From: Eledone cirrhosa
Lineage: Eukaryota
Length of the DNA: 64,000 nt
NCBI GenBank assembly: GCA_964016885.1
Contig: OZ024741.1
Span: 290,160,001 to 290,224,000 of the forward strand
Direction: 5' to 3'
Within the stretch, counting starts at the first letter, position 1. Every line of letters starts with the position of its first letter. The notes below the pieces were generated by a model. That model saw only the letters and a list, made by a program, of their open reading frames with translations, did no database searches and was not told where the DNA came from. Made by a program: the position numbers and the translations under genes. Positions 57,000-64,000 of the stretch are shown one piece after another.

Positions 57000-58245
57000 T
57001 AGTGGTGGTGGGAGTGGTGGTAGGGGTGGTGGTTGGGTTGCTGCTAGTGGTGGTGGTGAAGTTGTTACTTGGTGGCGGTGGGAGTGGTGGTAGGGGTGGT
57101 GGTTGGGTTGCTGCTAGTGGTGGTGGTGAAGTTGTTACTTGGTGGCGGTGGGAGTGGTGGTATGGGTGGTGGTTGGGTTGCTGCTAGTGGTGGTGGTGAA
57201 GTTGTTACTTGGTGGCGGTGGGAGTGGTGGTATGGGTGGTGGTTGGGTTGCTGCTAGTGGTGGTGGTGAAGTTGTTACTTGGTGGTGGTGGGAGTGGTGG
57301 TAGGGGTGGTGGTTGGGTTGCTGCTAGTGGTGGTGGTGAAGTTGTTACTTGGTGGCGGTGGGGTGGGGGGGGGGGGGTTGCTGCTAGTGGGGGTGGTGAA
57401 GTTGCTACTTGGTGGCGGTGGTGGTGGTGGTAGGGGTGGTGGTTGGGTTGCTGCTAGTGGGGGTGGTGAAGTTGCTACTTGGTGGCGGTGGTGGTGGTGG
57501 TAGGGGTGGTGGTTGGGTTGCTGCTAGTGGTGGTGGTGAAGTTGTTACTTGGTGGCGGTGGGGTGGGGTGGGGGGGTTGCTGCTAGTGGGGGTGGTGAAG
57601 TTGCTACTTGGTGGCGGTGGTGGTGGTGGTAGGGGTGGTGGTTGGGTTGCTGCTAGTGGGGGTGGTGAAGTTGCTACTTGGTGGCGGTGGTGGTGGTGGT
57701 AGGGGTGGTGGTTGGGTTGCTGCTAGTGGTGGTGGTGAAGTTGTTACTTGGTGGCGGTGGGAGTGGTGGTAGAGGTGGTAGTTGGGTTGCTGCTAGTGGT
57801 GGTGGTGAAGTTGTTACTTGGTGGTGGTTGGGGTGGTAGGGGTGGTGGTTGGGTTGCTGCTAGTGGTGGTGGTGAAGTTGTTACTTGGTGGCGGTGGGAG
57901 TGGTGGTATGGGTGGTGGTTGGGTTGCTGCTAGTGGTGGTGGTGAAGTTGTTACTTGGTGGGGGTTGGGGTGGTGGTAGGGGTGGTGGTTGGGTTGCTCC
58001 TAGTGGGGGTGGTGAAGTTATTACTTGGTGGGGGTTGGGGTGGTGGTAGGGGTGGTGGTTGGGTTGCTGCTAGTGGTGGTGGTGAAGTTGTTACTTGGTG
58101 GCGGTGGGAGTGGTGGTAGGGGTGGTGGTTGGATTGCTGCTAGTGGTGGTGGTGAAGTTGTTACTTGGTGGCGGTGGGGGTGGTGGTAGGGGTGGTGGTT
58201 GGATTGCTGCTAGTGGTGGTGGTGAAGTTGTTACTTGGTGGCGGT
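57000..58245. repeat. G-rich minisatellite, 70-bp unit
   Basis: ggtggcggtgggagtggtggtaggggtggtggttgggttgctgctagtggtggtggtgaagttgttactt repeated about 17-18 times. Confidence 0.95.
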
Positions 58246-58640
58246 GGTGGTGCTGTTGTTGTTGGTGTTGGAGGTGGTGGTAGTGGTGGTGGTGAAGTTG
58301 TTACTTAGTGGCGGTGGTGGTGCTGTTGTTGTTGGTGTTGGAGGTGGTGGTAGTGGTGGTGGTGAAGTTGTTACTTAGTGGCGGTGGTGGTGCTGTTGTT
58401 GTTGGTGTTGGAGGTGGTGGTAGTGGTGGTGGTGAAGTTGTTACTTAGTGGCGGTGGTGGTGCTGTTGTTGTTGGTGTTGGAGGTGGTGGTAGTGGTGGT
58501 GGTGAAGTTGTTACTTAGTGGCGGTGGTGGTGCTGTTGTTGTTGGTGTTGGAGGTGGTGGTAGTGGTGGTGGTGAAGTTGTTACTTAGTGGCGTGGTGGT
58601 GCAGTTGTTGTTGGTGTTGGAGGTGGTGGTAGTGGTGGTG
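58246..58640. repeat. G-rich minisatellite, 60-70-bp variant unit
   Basis: Unit with ggtggtgctgttgttgttggtgttggaggtggtggtagt...gaagttgttacttagtggc repeated about 6 times. Confidence 0.85.
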
Positions 58641-58904
58641 ATGTTGCTACTAGTGGTGGTGGGTGTTGTTGTACTTGGTGGCGGTGGTGCAGTTGATGTT
58701 TATGTTGTTGATGGTGGTGTTGCTGGTGGTTGTGGTGGTTAAGATGGTGCTGGTAGTGGTTCAGTTGTTATTAGTTTTGGTGGGTTTGATGTTGATGATG
58801 ATGATGGTGTTAATGATGACGGTGATGATTATGAGAGTGAAGGAGGTGGTGCTATTTAAGAAGGTGCTGCTGCTACTGGTGAGGATGATGATGACCATCA
58901 TAAT

Positions 58905-59400
58905 ATAGGAGGAGGAGGCAGAGGTGGAGGAGATGTAGGAGGCGATGGAGGAGGAGGAGGAAGATGTGGGGACGAGGGGGATGAGGAGGAGAACGAAGAA
59001 GAAGAAGAAGAAGAAGAAGAAGAAGAAGAAGAAGAAGAAGAGGAAGATGAAGAGAAGAAGAAGAAGAAGAAGAAGAAGAAGAAGAAGACGAAGAGAAGAA
59101 GAAGAAGAAGAAGAAGAAGAGGAAGTAGAAAGAGAAGTAGAAGAAGAAGGAGAAGAAGAAGAAGAAGAAGAAGAAGAAGAAGAAGAAGAAAAAGAAGAAG
59201 GCAGATGAGAAGAAGAAGAAGAAGAAGAAGAAGAAGAAGAAGAAGAAGAAGAAGAAGAAGAAGAAGACGAAGAGAAGAAGAAGGAGAGGAGACAATGGTG
59301 GAGGTGGATCCGGTGGAGGTGGAGGAGGAGGGCGAGAGGGAAGAAGGGGAGGACGAGGGGGAGCATGAGGAGAGGAAGGGGTAGGAGGAGGAGGAAGAAG
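58905..59400. repeat. (GAA)n/(GGA)n polypurine tract
   Basis: Directly visible. Confidence 0.95.
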
Positions 59401-59526
59401 ATGTTGGTAATAATGATGAAGATTCTAATCAGGATGATAATTAAAAAGATAATGAGTGAATGAACTATAATAGAACATCATTAACTATGATAATATTGGT
59501 AGTGGAGGTGTTGTAGCTGTTTTCAC

Positions 59527-61645
59527 TGGTGGTGGGGTGTTGGTGTCAGTGGTGGTGGTGGTGGTGGTTGTAGTAGTGGTGGTGGTGGTGATGGGGGTAG
59601 TGGTGGTTGTGGTGGTGGAGTGTTGGTGTCAGTGGTGGTGGTGGTTGTAGTAGTGGTGGTGGTGATGATGGGAGTAGTGGTGGCTATGGTGGTGGAGTGT
59701 TGGTGTCAGTGGTGGTGGTGGTTGTAGTAGTGGTGGTGGTGGTGGTGGTGATGGGGTAGTGGTGGCTGTGGTGGTGGGGTGTTGGTGTCAGTGGTGGTGG
59801 TGGTGGTGGTTGTAGTAGTGGTGGTGGTGATGATGGGGGTAGTGGTGGTTGTGTTGGTGGGGTGTTGGTGTCAGTGGTGGTGGTGGTTGTAGTAGTGGTG
59901 GTGGTGATGATGGGGGTAGTGGTGGCTGTGGTGGTGGGGTGTTGGTGTCAATGGTGGTGGTGGTTGTAGTAGTGGTGGTGGTGATGATGGGAGTAGTGGT
60001 GGTTGTGGTGGTGGAGTGTTGGTGTCAGTGGTGGTGGTGGTTGTAGTAGTGGTGGTGGTGATGATGGGAGTAGTGGTGGCTGTGGTGGTGGGGTGTTGGT
60101 GTCAGTGGTGGTGGTGGTGGTGATGGGGGTAGTGGTGGCTGTGGTGGTGGGGTGTTGGTGTCAGTGGTGTTGGTGGTGGTGGTTGTAGTAGTGGTGGTGG
60201 TGGTGATGGGGGTAGTGGTGGTTGTGGTGGTGGGGTGTTGGTGTCAGTGGTGGTGGTGATGATGGGGGTAGTGGTGGTTGTGGTGGTGGAGTGTTGGTGT
60301 CAGTGGTGGTGGTGGTGGTAGTAGTGGTGGTGGTGATAATGGGGATAGTGGTGGCTGTGGTGGTGGGGTGTTGGTGTCAGTGGTGGTGGTGGTTGTAGTA
60401 GTGGTGGTGGTGATGATGGGGGTAGTGGTGGCTGTGGTGGTGGGGTGTTGGTGTCAGTGGTGGTGGTGGTTGTAGTAGTGGTGGTGGTGATGATGGGGGT
60501 AGTGGTGGTTGTGGTGGTGGGGTGCTGGTGTCAGTGGTGGTGGTGATGATGGGGGTAGTGGTGGTTGTGTTGGTGGAGTGTTGGTGTCAGTGGTGGTGGT
60601 GGTTGTAGTAGTGGTGGTGGTGATAATGGGGGTAGTGGTGGCTGTGGTGGTGGGGTGTTGGTGTCAGTGGTGGTGGTGGTTGTAGTAGTGGTGGTGGTGG
60701 TGATGGGGGTAGTGATGGTTGTGGTGTTGGGGTGTTGGTGTCAGTGGTGGTGGTGGTTGTAGTAGTGGTGGTGGTGATGATGGGAGTAGTGGTGGCTGTG
60801 GTGGTGGAGTGTTGGTGTCAGTGGTGGTGGTGGTTGTAGTAGTGGTGGTGGTGATGATGGGAGTAGTGGTGGCTGTGGTGGTGGGGTGTTGGTGTCAGTG
60901 GTGGTGGTGGTTGTAGTAGTGGTGGTGGTGATGATGGGAGTAGTGGTGGCTGTGGTGGTGGGGTGTTGGTGTCAGTGGTGGTGGTGGTTGTAGTAGTGGT
61001 GGTGGTGGTGATGGGGGTAGTGGTGACTGTGGTGGTGGGGTGTTGGTGTCAGTGGTGGTGGTGGTGGTGGTTGTAGTAGTGGTGGTGGTGGTGATGGGGG
61101 TAGTGCTGTTTGTGGTGGTGGGGTGTTGGTGTCAGTGGTGGTGGTGGTTGTAGTAGTGGTGGTGGTGATGATGGGGGTAGTGGTGGCTGTGGTAGTGGAG
61201 TGTTGGTGTCAGTGGTGGTGGTGGTTGTAGTAGTGGTGGTGGTGGTGATGGGGGTAGTGGTGGCTGTGGTGGTGGGGTGTTGGTGTCAGTGGTGTTGGTG
61301 GTGATGGGGGTAGTGGTGGCTGTGGTGGTGGGGTGTTGGTGTCAGTGGTGGTGGTGGTGGTGGTTGTAGTAGTGGTGGTGGTGATGATGGGGGTAGTGGT
61401 GGCTGTGGTGGTGGAGTGTTGGTGTCAGTGGTGGTGGTGGTTGTAGTAGTGGTGCTGGTGATGATGGGGGTAGTGGTGGCTATGGTGGTGGAGTGTTGGT
61501 GTCAGTGGTGGTGGTGGTAGTGGAGGTGGTAGTAGTGGTGGTGGTGGTAGTGGTGGTGGTGGTGGTTTTGGTGGTAGTAGGGGTGGTGGTGGTGGTGGAG
61601 ACTGTGGTGGTTGTAGTAGTGGTGGTGGTGGTAGCGGTAGTGGTC
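59527..61645. repeat. G-rich minisatellite, about 77-bp unit
   Basis: gtgttggtgtcagtggtggtggtggttgtagtagtggtggtggtgatgatgggggtagtggtggctgtggtggtggg repeated more than 20 times with length variants. Confidence 0.95.
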
Positions 61646-61851
61646 CGTTGTGAGAGATGTTCCTGTATATGTTATATGATGTAGTTGTTGTGATTACAAT
61701 GCGGGTGTGTTGTTCTATTGGTAGTTGTGTCCGTCCTAGAAGTCTAGTCTCACGTGCTATTGTATCTTGTAGTTGGTGGTGGCTGGTATGTTAACGCCGT
61801 ATTCTTTGAAAGAAATGAGGTCGAGGTAGTTTATAACTATTACTACTACTA

Positions 61852-61886
<35 letters not shown>

Positions 61887-61931
61887 ACTACCACCACCAC
61901 TACTACTGCTACTACTACTACTACTACTACG

Positions 61932-61969
<38 letters not shown>

Positions 61970-62029
61970 TGCTACTACTAACCACAACTACTGCTATTAC
62001 TAACCACTACTACTGCTACTGTTTGCTAG

Positions 62030-62455
62030 AACCGGAAGAGATGTCGGACCATATGCTTTACGGCATAGAGTTATGACCCTTTACGTTCTGTGTTCGAATC
62101 CCGACAAGATTAGCTTTGCCTTTCATGCTTACGGGATCGAGAAATAAAGTACTAGTCACGCTCTGGAGTCGATTTAACCGACTTCCCCCACCTCCAAAAA
62201 TTGTTTGCCTTGTGCCAAAAGTAGAAACAATTTTTATTAGTATTGTAAAGTACCAGTAATGCACTGGGATAATTGCTGGCCTTGCGCCAAAAGTAGAAAC
62301 AATTATTTTGCAGCAAAGAGTTACGGCCCTTTATGGTCTGAGTTCAAATCCCGCCGAGGTTAACTTTGCCTTTCATCCTTACGGGGTCGATAAAATAAAG
62401 TACCAGTAATACACTGGCATAATTGCTGACCTTGTGCCAAAAGTAGAAACAATTA
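62030..62455 (+). mobile_element. Tandem Nin-type SINE copies/fragments
   Basis: gttcaaatcccgccgaggttaactttgcctttcatccttacggggtcgataaaataaagtaccagt and three ccttgygccaaaagtagaaacaatt tails. Confidence 0.8.
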
Positions 62456-64000
62456 TTATTATTATTATTATTGTTGTTCTTTGAGTTTCAGACATTGATG
62501 TTAGATAACTGGAAAGTTTGTTGAAATGAATAGCCACTACCTGCAGCCTCAGATATTCAGGACGTATCGGAGGGTTCTTGCTGTTCCCAGTAAACATGCC
62601 TTTGAAGTGTTCCAAAAAGCGGGGCGGGACCAATTTTCTTTAACGATCCTTGGAAACTTTTTGAGATAGTACCTAGTGCGTCTATGACAATCGGGACCAC
62701 TTTGACTTCATGGCAGTTCCAAATCCTTTTTACCTCCCACTTTAAGTCCTGGTATCGGTTAATTTTCTCCTTCTCCTTCTCTTGCACTCTCGTGTCGAAT
62801 GGGCAGGCTACATCCACAATCAGGCACGATCTTTTTTCCTTGTCCAAAACCGCCAGGTCAGGTCTACTGTGTTCCAGTATCTTGTCCGTCTGTATCCTAA
62901 AATCCCATAACACCTTCACTTGATCGTTTTCTATCACCGACTCTGGCTTATGCTCATACCACTACTCAGAATGGGGTAAATTGTTTACTTTGCATAGGTG
63001 CCAGTGGATCACCCTGCCCATCACATCATGTCTCCAGCCTTTATAGTGAGTCTAGGATAGGTGTTTACACTCGGATACAATGTGAGCCACAGTCTCCTCT
63101 CTCTCTCTCTCCACAGATCCTACACAGTGGGCTAGCCTCCTCCTTGTAAATATGGCGTTTCACCCACTTCGTTTTGAGGGCCTGCTCTTGCACAGCCATT
63201 AGCATTCTTTCTGTAGCCTTTTTAAGGTCTCCTCTTTTCAACCAGTTCCATGTCTGTGGATCTCTAAATTCAGTTTTCTCAAAGAAGGTACTATGAAGGG
63301 ATTTTTCATGAAGGTTGCTCTTTCTCCTTGTTGTTATTTCCTCCTTGGACATCCCCTGGTCTATTGTCCTCTCCTTCAGTACAATTCTGAGCATTGGCTC
63401 CCTACTATCAGTCACGTATTTGTGTAGGTTGTTTTTCTCTATCTGAACACAGTCCTCTATGCTGATAAGATCTCTTCCACCTTCAGATCTCCTTAAGTAG
63501 AGTCTATTGACATCACTCTTCTTGTGGAACAAAAGCTTCCTAGTCTTCCTATCCATTTTTTTTTTGTTCAGCAACATTCCATCTCAGAATTCCCGCACTG
63601 TACCTAATAATAGACACAGCTCGGGAATTTACTGCACTTATGACATTCCTACTGTTCAGATGTGATTTTAATACGCTCCTTACTCTCCGAATGTATTCAG
63701 ATCTTATCAATTCCTTCATTTTTTTTGTTCTTGATATCATCAGCCTCCAGAACACCTAAATATTTTATCCTTCTTCAGTATCAATTTCCTTTATCATCTC
63801 ACCTGTTGGTACCTGGATTCCGTTGCTTCTGCTCAATTTACCCCTCTTCATCACAAGGACTCCACACTTACTAATACCAAATTGCATACATATATCATTG
63901 CTGAAAATACGGACAGTGTCAACAAGCACATCCAACTCTTTCTCACTCTTCCCGAAGAGCTTAAGATCGTCCATGAAGAGGAGGTGATTGATGGTAAGCT
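62451..64000 (-). mobile_element. R4/Dong-like non-LTR retrotransposon, 3' half, frameshifted (continues beyond window)
   Basis: HLLFMDDLKLF, CRIC knuckle, KVLWDFRIQTD..RPDL..DVACP..EK..Y RLE motif; 3' end runs into (TAA)n. Confidence 0.9.

Noticed and set aside
56843-61987. Gly/Val/Trp-rich and poly-Ser/Glu/Phe ORFs suggesting a structural or mucin-like protein
   Set aside because: Main unit lengths (70 and about 77 bp) are not multiples of three, frames rotate and hit stops; these are simple repeats.

Overview
Eukaryotic, AT-rich, microsatellite-saturated intergenic or intronic DNA. The SINE and LINE repertoire suggests a mollusc, most likely an octopus (inference only). I cannot support any host protein-coding gene, and nearly all ORF-track entries are microsatellite artefacts. 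The window is a transposable-element landscape. (1) One apparently intact RTE-clade LINE (minus strand, about 48197-52632; APE endonuclease + RT + three C-terminal C2H2 fingers) flanked by a perfect 80-bp target-site duplication. Its long frame has no ATG before the endonuclease motif and is preceded, in frame, by a 32-codon ATG-initiated uORF whose single TAA sits in a hairpin. (2) Two families of short internally deleted RTE derivatives, two copies of which are stacked head-to-tail with the intact element on (TATG)n tails. (3) Many Penelope-like remnants inside (TA)n tracts, including GIY-YIG fragments and foldback elements carrying minimal hammerhead ribozymes: some as divergent pairs, one pair with a U3-A8 core variant. 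(4) R4/Dong-like and L1/Tx1-like LINE fragments, non-autonomous Helitrons, Tc1/mariner remnants, tRNA-derived SINEs and large G-rich minisatellites. All calls were made by eye; element boundaries are approximate unless a motif is quoted.
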